64,000 nucleotides of DNA, from the IMG/VR virus record IMGVR_UViG_3300046694_000196, positions 62,344 through 126,343 of that record. One strand, given 5' to 3'. Below are positions 25,894 through 35,870 of this stretch, piece by piece. The translations under genes and the position numbers were made by a program. Position 1 is the first letter of the stretch, and each line of letters opens with the position of its first letter. Source of the stretch: a virus. Under the pieces are notes generated by a model. It did not search any database. It saw nothing but the letters and a program-made list of their open reading frames with translations, and was not told the DNA's origin.

Positions 25894-26547
25894 ATGACGC
25901 TGCCGAATTTTCGAGTACGCGAAGACATCATCGACGGCCTCGGGCCGTGGCACTGGCCGATCGAAGACTCGGGCGCATGGGACGGCCCCGTTGATGACTG
26001 GGTGACGTCCCACCGGGCTATCATCGAGGCCCTGCCGAACCGTCGCGGGTGCGTCCAGGCGGGCGGCAACTGCGGCCTCTACCCGGCGCTGCTGTCGAAG
26101 ATGTTCGAGCGAGTGTACACCCTCGAGCCCGACTCTGACAACTTCAAGTTCCTGACGCACAACGTCGAGGCGCACTCCGGCGACAACGTCTTCTACCGCG
26201 AGGGCGCGGTCGGTGACTCGTCCAAGAAAGTCGGACTGCGCCGGCTGACTCCCCACAACGTCGGGATGCACCAGGTAGTGGACGTGCCCGACGGGGACAT
26301 CGAGATGCACGCCATCGACGACCTGCTGTCCCTAGAGGACGGGCCGATCGACCTGATATGGCTGGACATCGAGGGCGGCGAGTACCTGGCACTGCTGGGC
26401 GCCATGGAGACGATCAAGACCTGGCTCCCCGTCATCGGGGTCGAGCGGGCGTCACAGTCGATACGAGACCTGCTGCGTCCCCTGGGCTACAGGGAGTACG
26501 CGGAGTCCAAGATGGACACTTTCTTCAAGATAGGAGACCTGACGTGA
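25894..26547 (+). CDS. FkbM family SAM-dependent methyltransferase
   Basis: VQAGGNCGLY, YTLEPDSDNF, IDLIWLDIEGGEYLALLGA. Confidence 0.85.
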   Translation: MTLPNFRVREDIIDGLGPWHWPIEDSGAWDGPVDDWVTSHRAIIEALPNRRGCVQAGGNCGLYPALLSKMFERVYTLEPDSDNFKFLTHNVEAHSGDNVFYREGAVGDSSKKVGLRRLTPHNVGMHQVVDVPDGDIEMHAIDDLLSLEDGPIDLIWLDIEGGEYLALLGAMETIKTWLPVIGVERASQSIRDLLRPLGYREYAESKMDTFFKIGDLT

Positions 26548-27020
26548 CTTTCACCGTGAAGAGAGACTCGTGGCATTACAGGTGGCTCCTGTGGTACTCC
26601 GCCACGCGAGACATCGACTACTACGACGCACAGGACCTCGTAAGCCTCAATGCAGTCGAGAAAAATTTCATGATCTTTGACCGACTGCCCACAGACTTCT
26701 GTGCTTACTGGCGTCGGGTCCTCCTGTGGCCGGCGATCCGGATCGGGCTTAACCTGCTATGCTACGTCCCGCTCGGCGTCGCGATCGCAGTCACGGGCGT
26801 GTCTGGCCTGGCCGGTCTAGGATGGGTCCTGGCATCGGCCGTCACTCTGGGCCTGTTCGGCCTGGTGCTGGGCGCCGGCATGTGGGCGATCGACGCGGTA
26901 AAGAAGAAATTCACCCGCAAGACTGCCCGGAACGGGGACGAGTTCATCGCCCACGTCGCAGAATCGATGCACGGCAAGTTCTGCTCTCGCGTCGAGTACG
27001 AGGAAAAGTCCGATGCGTAA
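26544..27020 (+). CDS. Membrane protein
   Basis: Two hydrophobic segments; DFCAYWR motif. Confidence 0.55.
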   Translation: MTFTVKRDSWHYRWLLWYSATRDIDYYDAQDLVSLNAVEKNFMIFDRLPTDFCAYWRRVLLWPAIRIGLNLLCYVPLGVAIAVTGVSGLAGLGWVLASAVTLGLFGLVLGAGMWAIDAVKKKFTRKTARNGDEFIAHVAESMHGKFCSRVEYEEKSDA

Positions 27021-27589
27021 GACACTCAACGTTCTCAACCTGCTGTTCTTCAGCTTCGAGACCAAGGCGATCGTCGGCTTCATCACGTTCCTGTACGTCT
27101 TGTTCGCGATGGGCGGCGCTGTCACCCTGGGACGCACGACGACGGGTTACACTACTAAGACGATGGCGTGCTTCCTCCCACCGAAGAAAGCCACAGACGT
27201 CCCGCAGGACGAGCTCCTCAACGAGACCTGGACCTGTGACGTGAGGGAGAAGAAAGTTGACTTCTAAGCCAGTACCGTTCAAGGGAGAACTCTGTCACGT
27301 CCGCAGTTCCGTGCGGCCCGCCGAGCTGGGATACGTCACCGAGCGGACCACTACCACCGTCACGGTCCAGTTTCGCGGGGGCGTGATCGGGAAGTACGAC
27401 ATCGCGAAGAACGAGTTCACGCGGGTCAACGTCTTTCCAGGTGAGGACTGGTACGGGCTCACGATCGACGAGCGGATAGACGCGGTCGACAAGAACCTGT
27501 ACACCGCCGCGCGGTCACCGTCTAGAGCGCCGTGCTCGTCACGGGAGCCTCACGACGTCCGAGAGTGGCTCGACGGGCTGGAGGACTGA
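27013..27589 (+). other. Two small hypothetical ORFs (27013-27267 membrane; 27257-27589)
   Basis: Overlapping operon structure. Confidence 0.45.
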
Positions 27590-27590
27590 G

Positions 27591-27950
27591 ATGAAGCCGT
27601 GGTCACACGCGAGGGCGTCTGCCAAGAGGTACGGCGGCAGGCCCGAAGATTACGTGGCTGTCCATGACTGGTTTGATAGCACCAAGTCAGCCTACGCCGA
27701 TACTCGTCACCGGGCCATCTTACACAACACTTTTGGTATCTTCCTGGCCGAGCAGCTCTTTGGTCACGTGATCGTGAACAGTGACGGCAAGGAAGTTCAC
27801 GTGAGGAACATCGCAGAGGACCATGTAGTGGAAGACTGCGGGTTCATACCGACGATCGAGAAGTGGCTAGAGGGCATTCCGACTGAAGACTGGATGCGTG
27901 GCCGCGGCATGAAGAAACGACTCAACGAGCTGGGGATAGAGTATGACTAA
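27591..27950 (+). CDS. DUF6915-like His-rich protein
   Basis: PWSHARASAKRYGG...VHDWFDSTK...RHRAILH...FG...AEDHV.ED. Confidence 0.7.
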   Translation: MKPWSHARASAKRYGGRPEDYVAVHDWFDSTKSAYADTRHRAILHNTFGIFLAEQLFGHVIVNSDGKEVHVRNIAEDHVVEDCGFIPTIEKWLEGIPTEDWMRGRGMKKRLNELGIEYD

Positions 27951-28470
27951 AGTCGACAAGAGCGCATTCAAGAAAACCTATGATAACCTGCAGAAAGAGA
28001 TAGCTTCTCTACAGGAACGGGTGAAGATCGAGAGCCAGAAAATGGTCGATGGTGTCTTCGCGAAATTTCTGGAAGACAACCCTAAAGTTCACGGAGTGGG
28101 TTGGACACAGTACACTCCGAGCTGGAATGACGGCGAGGAGTGTTACTTCTCTGTCAACGAGCTCCATTACTACTTCAGTCAGGACTCGTGGGAAGACATC
28201 GGTCCTCACGAGGGTGACGACGAGATCACGTACTACCTGAAGTACGCAAAGGGTCAAGAGCTCATTGATGACACCGCGAAGGCGAAAGCTTCACTGGAAG
28301 AATTCGGTCTCGACCTAGACTCTGTGAAAACCGTCAATGATGACTTCAATGCCCTGAGGGAGACGATAGCGTCGATCGACGACTCCTACATGGAGATGAT
28401 CTTTGGCAACCACGTCAAGGTTTACTACACCCGCGACGGCTTCGAGGTCGAAGAGCACTCGCATGACTGA
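27943..28470 (+). CDS. Acidic partner protein of the DUF6915-like gene
   Basis: WTQYTPSWNDGEECYFSV...FGNHVKV...EEHSHD. Confidence 0.6.
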   Translation: MTKVDKSAFKKTYDNLQKEIASLQERVKIESQKMVDGVFAKFLEDNPKVHGVGWTQYTPSWNDGEECYFSVNELHYYFSQDSWEDIGPHEGDDEITYYLKYAKGQELIDDTAKAKASLEEFGLDLDSVKTVNDDFNALRETIASIDDSYMEMIFGNHVKVYYTRDGFEVEEHSHD

Positions 28471-28664
28471 CGTGACGACCGGGGACTTCGTGGTGCTAGA
28501 CCCGGAGTCCCGTTTCTTTGACGAGTACCTCCCGGAACTGGGCACAGACTCGCTGCGAGTGTACAGGGTGCGGTACGAGTACAGCCCGTGGGTCTCAGGC
28601 GAGGTGTGCGAGTACCAACTGTGGAGAGGCTTCTGGAGGGCAGAGGCGTTTAGGAAGGTGACAG

Positions 28665-29237
28665 ATGAGTGAAGAACTGAGGATAACGCTAGCCGACTAC
28701 AATGACGACCTGGTCGCCGAGTGGAAGAAGGCTACGCACTACGACTTCCACCATGGTGACATCTTTGAGCTGTCGGGTGACGCCATAGTCTCGCCGGCGA
28801 ACTCTTTCGGGTTCATGGACGGCGGCATAGACCTGGTCTACGTGCACAGGTTCGGGAAGCGGGTCGAGAAGGCCCTGCAGGACAAGATCAAGGGGCTGCC
28901 GTTCCAGGAGCTGCTTGTGGGACAGGCCGTCACGGTCCCCACGGGAGACGAGAAGTTCCCGCACATGATCTCGGCCCCGACTATGCGGGTGCCCATGCAG
29001 ATCACAGACCCCAACGCGGTGCGCCTCGCCATGAGGGCCGCTGTGTGGCAGGCCGAGCTCCAAGGACTCGACAGCATAGTGACTCCCGGACTCGGCACAC
29101 TGACCGGGATGATGCGTCCGGACTGGGCCGTCGCGATGATGCTGGCCGGCATCGACGACGCGCTATATCAGCCGCCGTTCCCTTCGTCGGTCCGCGAAGC
29201 GGTCGACAGGACAGTAGCCGCTTACGTGAAGGCTTAG
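28665..29237 (+). CDS. Macrodomain (ADP-ribose processing) protein
   Basis: HGDIF...DAIVSPANSFGFMDGGID...APTMRVP...PGLGTLTG. Confidence 0.9.
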   Translation: MSEELRITLADYNDDLVAEWKKATHYDFHHGDIFELSGDAIVSPANSFGFMDGGIDLVYVHRFGKRVEKALQDKIKGLPFQELLVGQAVTVPTGDEKFPHMISAPTMRVPMQITDPNAVRLAMRAAVWQAELQGLDSIVTPGLGTLTGMMRPDWAVAMMLAGIDDALYQPPFPSSVREAVDRTVAAYVKA

Positions 29238-30076
29238 ACTCGTCCGCGGTTGAGCGTGAGTGCGTAACCGGCGGCGTTCACCTTCTGGAGCTCGTCGTCG
29301 TTGAGGTACCTGTTGTAGACAGCGAGGGAGTCGATAGTTATGATTCCCGTCCTGGTGTTCTGGTGGATCGCACCGGCCCGTACAGGGATAGAAGACACGA
29401 AGACTGAGCTGCTGTTAGTGGCCATGGCCACTGCGTTAGCCGTCCAGCCCGCGCGGGTCGAGCGACCCGTAGCGCCGTCGAAGTCCATGACTGAGAAGTT
29501 ACCGGCGCCGTCGTGTCTGAGGAAAGACGTGCGCGTGTAGCCCCACCTAGCGGTCCAGGGCTTCATGGTCTGCCCCGCTGAGACCTGGGTGCCGTTCTGG
29601 TAGTAGACGCCGTAGGCCCCGTGCAGGTCTCCTACCGCGTGGGGCTGGCCTGCTGTCTCCAACCCGTTGAACCACCAGGTGCCGCGCGAGAAGCTGTCGC
29701 CGAACGCGAAGAGACCCATCGAGGTGCTGTTGTTGGCCACGTTGGCGGTGGCTCCGGTGAGGGCTATGGTCCACGCGCTCACGATGTTGGCGGAGGGGCC
29801 CGTGAGTGCTTTCCACCCCTTCATGACGATGCCGCCGTTGGCCGAGGCCGAAGTGGTGGAGTTGTTGCTGTCTGAGGGCAGCCCCTCGAAGTTGTACACC
29901 TGACCAGTTACGGTGTCCGCGGTGCCGTTCGTGAAGTCTGTCTCGGAGAACTTGAAGAGGTTAGACAGGCCGAACGACGGGAAGTTGTCGGACGTCCGGA
30001 GGGGGACCAAACGAGTACCCGCGCCGTTGTTGGGCGCTGGGACCAGGGTCTTTTCTACTAGTGTGGTGTTGGCCAT
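29234..30076 (-). CDS. Tail-fibre-associated beta-sandwich (LamG/ConA-like) protein
   Basis: Ser/Thr/Gly/Asn-rich; C-terminal IDSLAVYNRYLNDDEL motif; coupled to upstream gene. Confidence 0.5.
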   Translation of the reverse strand: MANTTLVEKTLVPAPNNGAGTRLVPLRTSDNFPSFGLSNLFKFSETDFTNGTADTVTGQVYNFEGLPSDSNNSTTSASANGGIVMKGWKALTGPSANIVSAWTIALTGATANVANNSTSMGLFAFGDSFSRGTWWFNGLETAGQPHAVGDLHGAYGVYYQNGTQVSAGQTMKPWTARWGYTRTSFLRHDGAGNFSVMDFDGATGRSTRAGWTANAVAMATNSSSVFVSSIPVRAGAIHQNTRTGIITIDSLAVYNRYLNDDELQKVNAAGYALTLNRGRV

Positions 30077-32487
30077 CAGGACGTCCTAACGCTCTTGGTG
30101 AAGTTGATGCAGAAGTTGTTGAGGGGGTAGTACTTGCCCTGGTGCGAACCGTACGAGGTGTCGGTGAACTTGTACATTGACCTGGTAGGGTCGCTGTCCA
30201 TGATGGTGCCGGTACCGAAGACCGAGTACACGTTGAAGCCGTCAGATGCCACGTTAACGGGGGCACCGAAGCTCACTGCCTCGCCCCGGAGGACCGTGGT
30301 ATTGGTCCCCGAGTCGTAGCGAGCGTCGCGTATGATGGGGTTCGTTGTAGAGCTGGCCTGGTACATGCGGAAGCAGCCGTTTCGCAGGCACGGAGTGAAC
30401 GTGCTGAGGATGTTCCCGGCGTACACTATCTCTTTCGAAGCGAGGCCGTTGGGGTACGGTGAGCCGTCACGGTACGCCGCTACCGGCTGGGTCACGCCGA
30501 ACGCGAAAGTCTCTTCACCGTAGGTCACCACGAAGTTCCCGTTCGCAGTGATCGGGCTGTACATCGCGATCGAGATGGTGTCATCAGAGATGATGTTGAC
30601 GGTGTTGATCGACAGCTGGTTAGACGTGTTCGAGAAACCGTCGAGAGTCCCGGGGAACACTCTGAGGCCCGCGAGTCGTACCGGGAAGGTCCACGTAGTG
30701 TCGAACTGCAGGGGCTTTACGGGGACGTGGAACTTGATCTGTATCTCGTCGTCCTTGACCCTGTACACGTCTGTGGGGTACAGGGGCTGCCACGGCTTAC
30801 CGTCTCTGAGGACGGTGTTCATGACCTTGCCGATGTGCTCACCGCACCACCTGTTGCCGTCTGCAGACATGTGCAGGATGTCACCGTGGTAGCGGCCGAG
30901 AGCGTCTGTCGCGGGGTTGAGAGTGGAATTGAACGCGTTGGGTGCGAAGTAGTTCGGCCCGACGACATAGACGTGTTCGTCGGCCGCCGCTACCTGGGTC
31001 AGCGCCTCACCGAGCAGCCCGTAGCGACCTACCATCGCGAACATCGGCATGTCACGCGTCTGTCCAGTGATCGTCTGCACGTCTGTCTGCATAGACGCGC
31101 GCAATGAGATGAGGTTGTTGGCCCAGTTGTCACGGACCTGGCTGAACGAGAAAGTAGCGCTGTTCGAAGAGAGCTTCAGCGAGCTGGCCTCGCTCTCGCC
31201 CTGCGCGAAGACTACGCCGCCGAAGCCGTATGACCAGCCCTTCTCGAGGGCCTTCTTCTTGGCGCGGGCGATGTCGTCCTTGAAGAGGTTGTAGTACCCG
31301 GCGCCCTCAGTGTCAGAGGGGAGCATGGTAGAGAGATAGATGCCGCCCGTCGTCGGGCTAGACATGAGCATGTGTGGCGCCGCGAACTTGATGCCGCCGG
31401 GGTTGTACCTGTTGCCTAGGTGCGAGGCCTTGAACTGCCCCGTGATCCCGGTGCTGTAGAACTCACCCTGCCCATTTCCGTAGTCTCGCTCGTACATCGG
31501 GACGATGTCGAACATGGCATCTCCGCGTCCCGCGGGGCCAGAAAAGTTGGTGCTCCAGATGAAGTTCCAGGTCTGCATGCCCATCGCGAAGCTGACGTTT
31601 CCTAGGTCCTGGTTGGCGTTAGACACCGGGGGCAGAGCGTCGGCGCCGCCGGCGTTAGACTGTCCGTAGATAGACCAGTGATACAGGTCGGGGAAGTCAG
31701 CGACCCTCTCGTGGCCGCGGACGTGTACCCTCGAGCCGTCCCGCGGGACGCCGAGAGCGAGCTGGTTGGTGTCTCCCCAGGTGACCGCGTAGTTGTACTC
31801 GGGGGCGTTGACTATGTCGTGCCGGCCCGTGTCGAAAGTTATGCCCTCTACCGTGCGGCCGCCGAGGAGCGTCATGTCCGAAGCGGTGGTCACTGACAGG
31901 AGGTTCATGTCGGCGTACGTGAGGTTCGCGGAGTTGTTCGCGACGTCCTGCTTGCCTGACTGCAGCGCGCTTATCTTGGTGTTGAGAGCAGAGGTGTCCG
32001 CGAACTGGGTGAACGTGATGTTAGACGTGCCGACCGTGATCGGGCCGGGGGTGTTGCAGACGAACTGCTTGCCGGCGTTGACCGTGCCGGTGTTGACGAA
32101 CACCGCGGCGTTGAGGAGCTGTACGCCGGTGTTGGCGTCGAGTGCCCGTGACCACACGCCGGTGTTCGAGACCCATACGCCGTTCTGGTTGGCGAAGGCC
32201 TGGTCCTTGACGAGGACGCGCGAGAGGCTCGTGAGCACCCCGTCGATGGTCTGCTCGCCTGAGAACGACGATATGCTGTTGGTCGACGCCACGTTGACCG
32301 CGGTCTTCCACTGCACGCCCACCGTGGTGATGTTGAGCACGTCCTGCTGGAACTTGCGGATGGAGGCCACGCTCACGCCGTTGGACGTGACGTAGACCGT
32401 GTTGGCGTCGCCGTTCACCCAAGAGTCGACGCGCTCCTCGTTGGTCTTGAAGCGAGGTATCGCGGTGAGGAGGGGCAGCTGCGTCAT
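30076..32487 (-). CDS. Tailspike/tail fibre with SGNH (SASA-type) carbohydrate esterase domain
   Basis: Fibre module (SGEQTIDGV...RVLVKDQ...QNGVWV), YGQSN, QGESE and DILH catalytic-like blocks. Confidence 0.75.
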   Translation of the reverse strand: MTQLPLLTAIPRFKTNEERVDSWVNGDANTVYVTSNGVSVASIRKFQQDVLNITTVGVQWKTAVNVASTNSISSFSGEQTIDGVLTSLSRVLVKDQAFANQNGVWVSNTGVWSRALDANTGVQLLNAAVFVNTGTVNAGKQFVCNTPGPITVGTSNITFTQFADTSALNTKISALQSGKQDVANNSANLTYADMNLLSVTTASDMTLLGGRTVEGITFDTGRHDIVNAPEYNYAVTWGDTNQLALGVPRDGSRVHVRGHERVADFPDLYHWSIYGQSNAGGADALPPVSNANQDLGNVSFAMGMQTWNFIWSTNFSGPAGRGDAMFDIVPMYERDYGNGQGEFYSTGITGQFKASHLGNRYNPGGIKFAAPHMLMSSPTTGGIYLSTMLPSDTEGAGYYNLFKDDIARAKKKALEKGWSYGFGGVVFAQGESEASSLKLSSNSATFSFSQVRDNWANNLISLRASMQTDVQTITGQTRDMPMFAMVGRYGLLGEALTQVAAADEHVYVVGPNYFAPNAFNSTLNPATDALGRYHGDILHMSADGNRWCGEHIGKVMNTVLRDGKPWQPLYPTDVYRVKDDEIQIKFHVPVKPLQFDTTWTFPVRLAGLRVFPGTLDGFSNTSNQLSINTVNIISDDTISIAMYSPITANGNFVVTYGEETFAFGVTQPVAAYRDGSPYPNGLASKEIVYAGNILSTFTPCLRNGCFRMYQASSTTNPIIRDARYDSGTNTTVLRGEAVSFGAPVNVASDGFNVYSVFGTGTIMDSDPTRSMYKFTDTSYGSHQGKYYPLNNFCINFTKSVRTS

Positions 32488-32639
32488 GGGTTACCTACGT
32501 CGTTGGGCAGGTCTACGTTGACCGTCGTGTTGAGCTGGTCCTCGAGTTGCGAGAACGCCGCGAGGAGTTCCAGGAGCTCGAGTATCCACTGGTCCTGGTC
32601 ACGGCGGAAGCCGTCTATCTTGTAGGCGAGTTTCTGCAA
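32484..32639 (-). CDS. Small ORF translationally coupled to the tailspike gene
   Basis: TTG start, 51 aa; TGA overlaps the ATG at 32487. Confidence 0.35.
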   Translation of the reverse strand: MQKLAYKIDGFRRDQDQWILELLELLAAFSQLEDQLNTTVNVDLPNDVGNP

Positions 32640-32665
32640 TTTTCGGAGTTTCTCAAACTTTATCG

Positions 32666-32694
32666 TTTACATCGTGGCTTGCATTATTTATACT
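32666..32694. promoter_or_regulatory. Back-to-back promoters: plus-strand early TTTACA-17-TATACT and minus-strand late TATAAATA (32685-32692)
   Basis: Forward TATTTATA is the reverse complement of TATAAATA and overlaps the plus-strand -10. Confidence 0.75.
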
Positions 32695-32719
32695 GATACC
32701 AGGAGCAAAGGAGAAACCC

Positions 32720-33232
32720 ATGCAGAAGACCTTCACCTCGACCGAACACGACCGCACGGTAAAGTGGATAGAGGGGGGTCGGATCATCCACTGCGACCTC
32801 GCCGGTCGCGTGCTGGCAGTCGAAGACTACTCGAAGAGCGCTATCTCGAAGATCCTCAAGTTCTTCGAGCGGGGAGCCGCTGCGAAGCCGATGAAAGTGG
32901 CTACGTTCAACGCCGCGGCCCAGGAGGTCCTCCGAGACATCGAGGGCTTCGAGGTGGACTTCGCCGACGGGAAGATCACCGCGCGGGCGACGTCCCGAGA
33001 GAAGTCCACCAACAAGGTCTTCCGCGGCGCCGACACGCGCTACAACAGCAAGTACGAGAACACCATCCTCTACACGAGGAAGGGTGACGGCTTCGCGGAG
33101 AACACCCGGTACTCGGTCGTGTTCCACTCCGACGGCCTGGTCGAGTTCGAAGAGTTCGAGAAGATCTCGTGTGAGAACCTGAACGTGCGGCACGACCAGC
33201 CGCTGCTCAGCGTGTACGTTACGGAGGGCTGA
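32720..33232 (+). CDS. Early hypothetical protein
   Basis: Promoter and AAAGGAG RBS. Confidence 0.6.
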   Translation: MQKTFTSTEHDRTVKWIEGGRIIHCDLAGRVLAVEDYSKSAISKILKFFERGAAAKPMKVATFNAAAQEVLRDIEGFEVDFADGKITARATSREKSTNKVFRGADTRYNSKYENTILYTRKGDGFAENTRYSVVFHSDGLVEFEEFEKISCENLNVRHDQPLLSVYVTEG

Positions 33233-33465
33233 TGGTAGAGGTAGTAGGGCGAGACGAGAAAGCCAAGAGGCGGGTCACGCACAGTAGGTGCGGCATGATC
33301 CTCGAGTACTACGACAGGGAAGTCAGGTCGCAGCGCTACACCGACTACGGAGGCGGCTCTGAGACCTACTACTTCATCGTGTGCCCGGAGTGTTTCTCGG
33401 GAGACGCGGACGCGCCTGCGTGCGCGATCAGTTCAAACGCGAAAGTGGAGGTGGAGTCGTGCTAG
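33232..33465 (+). CDS. Small Zn-binding protein
   Basis: HSRCG...CPEC. Confidence 0.5.
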   Translation: MVEVVGRDEKAKRRVTHSRCGMILEYYDREVRSQRYTDYGGGSETYYFIVCPECFSGDADAPACAISSNAKVEVESC

Positions 33466-33637
33466 TCAAGGCTGCGATCATGATCATCCTGACACAGTCT
33501 GGCACTTTCTCGGTGGAGAGGTTTGACTCTCTCCGTGAGTGCGAGTCTGCCAGGACAGTGCTCATTGAGAACGCGAACGAGATGTTCTCGACCTGGTTCG
33601 ACAAGGCGAGACTGTTTCGTTGCAGGGAGATCGACTG

Positions 33638-34786
33638 ATGGAAGTGATCTGGATATCGTTCACCCTATGGGCGTTCCTGGGGTTCGCCTGGTGGGTACGG
33701 AGGTCTCACGACCCCGACACAAGGCACTCTTTCTACGCCTACGTCGCGTCCCTCGTGGTCGTGCTGGCGGTCGCCTACGGCGTCACCTACACCACCCAGT
33801 TCGCGGTCACTACCGACACCGAGACCTGGAACGGCGCTGTCTCCAAGAAAGTCAACGACGTGAGGCAGTGTCCTGCTGGCTGGCAGACCTCCGAGGACAG
33901 TTTCTGCGAGGTCTACGACACGCGCAGCGTCTATGACGGTCAGGACTGCACCACCGACTCCAAGGGAGACAGGTCCTGCGTCGACAAGTACCACACCGAG
34001 TACCGGTACGTCTTCCCGTGGGAGGGCAAGTGGTTCATAGAGTCGGCAGACCTGGGCGAGGTCTGGGAAGTAGACCGCGTAGACCGGCAGGGCGCTCTGA
34101 AGCCTCCGCTCTACGCCTCTACTCACGAGGGGGACCCGGTCTCGTCCGTCCACCGCTACACCAACTGGGTGAGGGCGGCGTCCGACAGCCTGTTCAACGA
34201 GGGCTACTACAGGGACCGTTACGACGCCCACCTGCCTGCGTACCCGCAGGAAACTTACGACCTCTTCAAGATGGACCGGGTGGTGCAGGTGGGCCTGGAC
34301 CTCCCCGAAGATCAACTGCGCGAGTACGACCGGCTGCTGTCGGTGGCCCTGGCCGAGCTCGGGCCCAAGAGACAGATGAACGCGATAGTCGTCCTCCTGG
34401 ACGCGCGGGTCGCTGACGTCGACTACCCACCGGCACTGCGCAGGGCCTGGAAGGGCTTCAAGAAGAACGACGCGGTCCTGTTTGTCGCCGTGAACGATGG
34501 GCTGGTAGACTGGGTGGACGTGATGTCCTGGTCCAAGGACGACTCCTTCAACGTGCTCCTGCGCGACGACCTCGCGAATATGCGCGGGAAGGAGCTCGAC
34601 TTCAAATGGGTAGCGCTCAGGCTCTATTCACGGGGCATGGAGCACTACGTCCGACGGCCCATGGCCGAGTTCGAGTACCTGCGAGACGACCTCCCGACTC
34701 CCTGGTACGCCATACTGCTGACCTACGCGCTCCAGGCAGGAGCGGTGTTCGGTGTCCCTCAACTCATCAAGAAGGTGAAGAAATGA
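33638..34786 (+). CDS. Membrane-anchored protein (TPM-like periplasmic domain)
   Basis: Two N-terminal and one C-terminal TM helices; Cys-containing extracytoplasmic region. Confidence 0.55.
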   Translation: MEVIWISFTLWAFLGFAWWVRRSHDPDTRHSFYAYVASLVVVLAVAYGVTYTTQFAVTTDTETWNGAVSKKVNDVRQCPAGWQTSEDSFCEVYDTRSVYDGQDCTTDSKGDRSCVDKYHTEYRYVFPWEGKWFIESADLGEVWEVDRVDRQGALKPPLYASTHEGDPVSSVHRYTNWVRAASDSLFNEGYYRDRYDAHLPAYPQETYDLFKMDRVVQVGLDLPEDQLREYDRLLSVALAELGPKRQMNAIVVLLDARVADVDYPPALRRAWKGFKKNDAVLFVAVNDGLVDWVDVMSWSKDDSFNVLLRDDLANMRGKELDFKWVALRLYSRGMEHYVRRPMAEFEYLRDDLPTPWYAILLTYALQAGAVFGVPQLIKKVKK

Positions 34787-35328
34787 TCAAGTACGTAATC
34801 GCGGGTCTCGGCGCGTTCGCACTCGTCGCCGCAGGCATATCCTACTTCAACGCGGCGTCGTACGGCAACCGGGCCGAGGCCGGCCTCAAGGCACAGTACG
34901 AGCAGAACCAGAACGCGCTCAGCGAGTACTCGCTCAAGGTAGCGGAGGCCGCGCAGGTCCCGGGCGTCGCCAAGGACCACATCATCGAGGTCACCAAGGC
35001 TGCGATGTCTGCGCGGTACGGCTCCGAGGGCTCCAAGGCCGTCATCCAGGCCATCACTGAGGCCTACCCGGGCACGGTAGACCCCGCGCTCTACGCCAAG
35101 GTCCAGACCATCATCGAGTCGGGCCGTCGGCAGTTCAGCGTCGAGCAGGAGAAGCTCATCGACAAGAAGCGGGTCTACGAGACCGCGCTCGGCGCTCCGT
35201 GGAGCGGTATGTGGCTCACCCTGGCTGGGTACCCGAGAGTAGACCTGGAGAAATACCTGGTCATCAAGTCGGACTACGCCAAGGACGCCTTCGGCTCTGG
35301 GGTTGACGCCGGCGTCAAGCTGAAATAA
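34783..35328 (+). CDS. LemA-like membrane-anchored helical protein
   Basis: N-terminal TM, YGNRAEAGLKAQYEQNQN, IESGRRQF. Confidence 0.55.
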   Translation: MIKYVIAGLGAFALVAAGISYFNAASYGNRAEAGLKAQYEQNQNALSEYSLKVAEAAQVPGVAKDHIIEVTKAAMSARYGSEGSKAVIQAITEAYPGTVDPALYAKVQTIIESGRRQFSVEQEKLIDKKRVYETALGAPWSGMWLTLAGYPRVDLEKYLVIKSDYAKDAFGSGVDAGVKLK

Positions 35329-35352
35329 ATTCGAGAAATCAGGAGAAGAGAC

Positions 35353-35870
35353 ATGGAAATAATCACCGACCGCGTCACCGTCAAGAACGGTGAATACATC
35401 ATACTGCTCGACTACGTTAACGACGCAGCGACGATCTCTAACATGTGCGGCGAGCTCTACATCGACGACATTCACGACCTCAAGACGCTCGCCGAGGTGA
35501 TCAATGCCGCGACGAAGCTGATCGAGGAACGTATGTTGAACACCGATGAGCGGCCGGTGATCTGATGAAGAAGACCCTGAGGATGACCATCGACGTGGTG
35601 GTCGAAGACATGTCTGAAGCAGACCGCCGAGAAATCTGGGAGGGCATGTGCCTCGTCCCGGGAGAAGACGAGCTCGAAGACATCAATGACTTCAGCGCGT
35701 ACGGCATAGCCGACGCCGTCGCAGCCTTCCTGAATGAAGACACCTCTAACGACATACTCGAGGGCAGTGACTACGTCGTCTCACTGGTGGCCGCGGACGT
35801 CTTTGAAGCGGAATGGGTGTCAGATGCAGAGGGCGAACCTGCCCGAAGGAAATTTGGAGACGACGAATGA
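35353..35870 (+). other. Two small acidic hypothetical ORFs (35353-35565, 35565-35870)
   Basis: RBS AGGAG; TGATG coupling. Confidence 0.5.
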
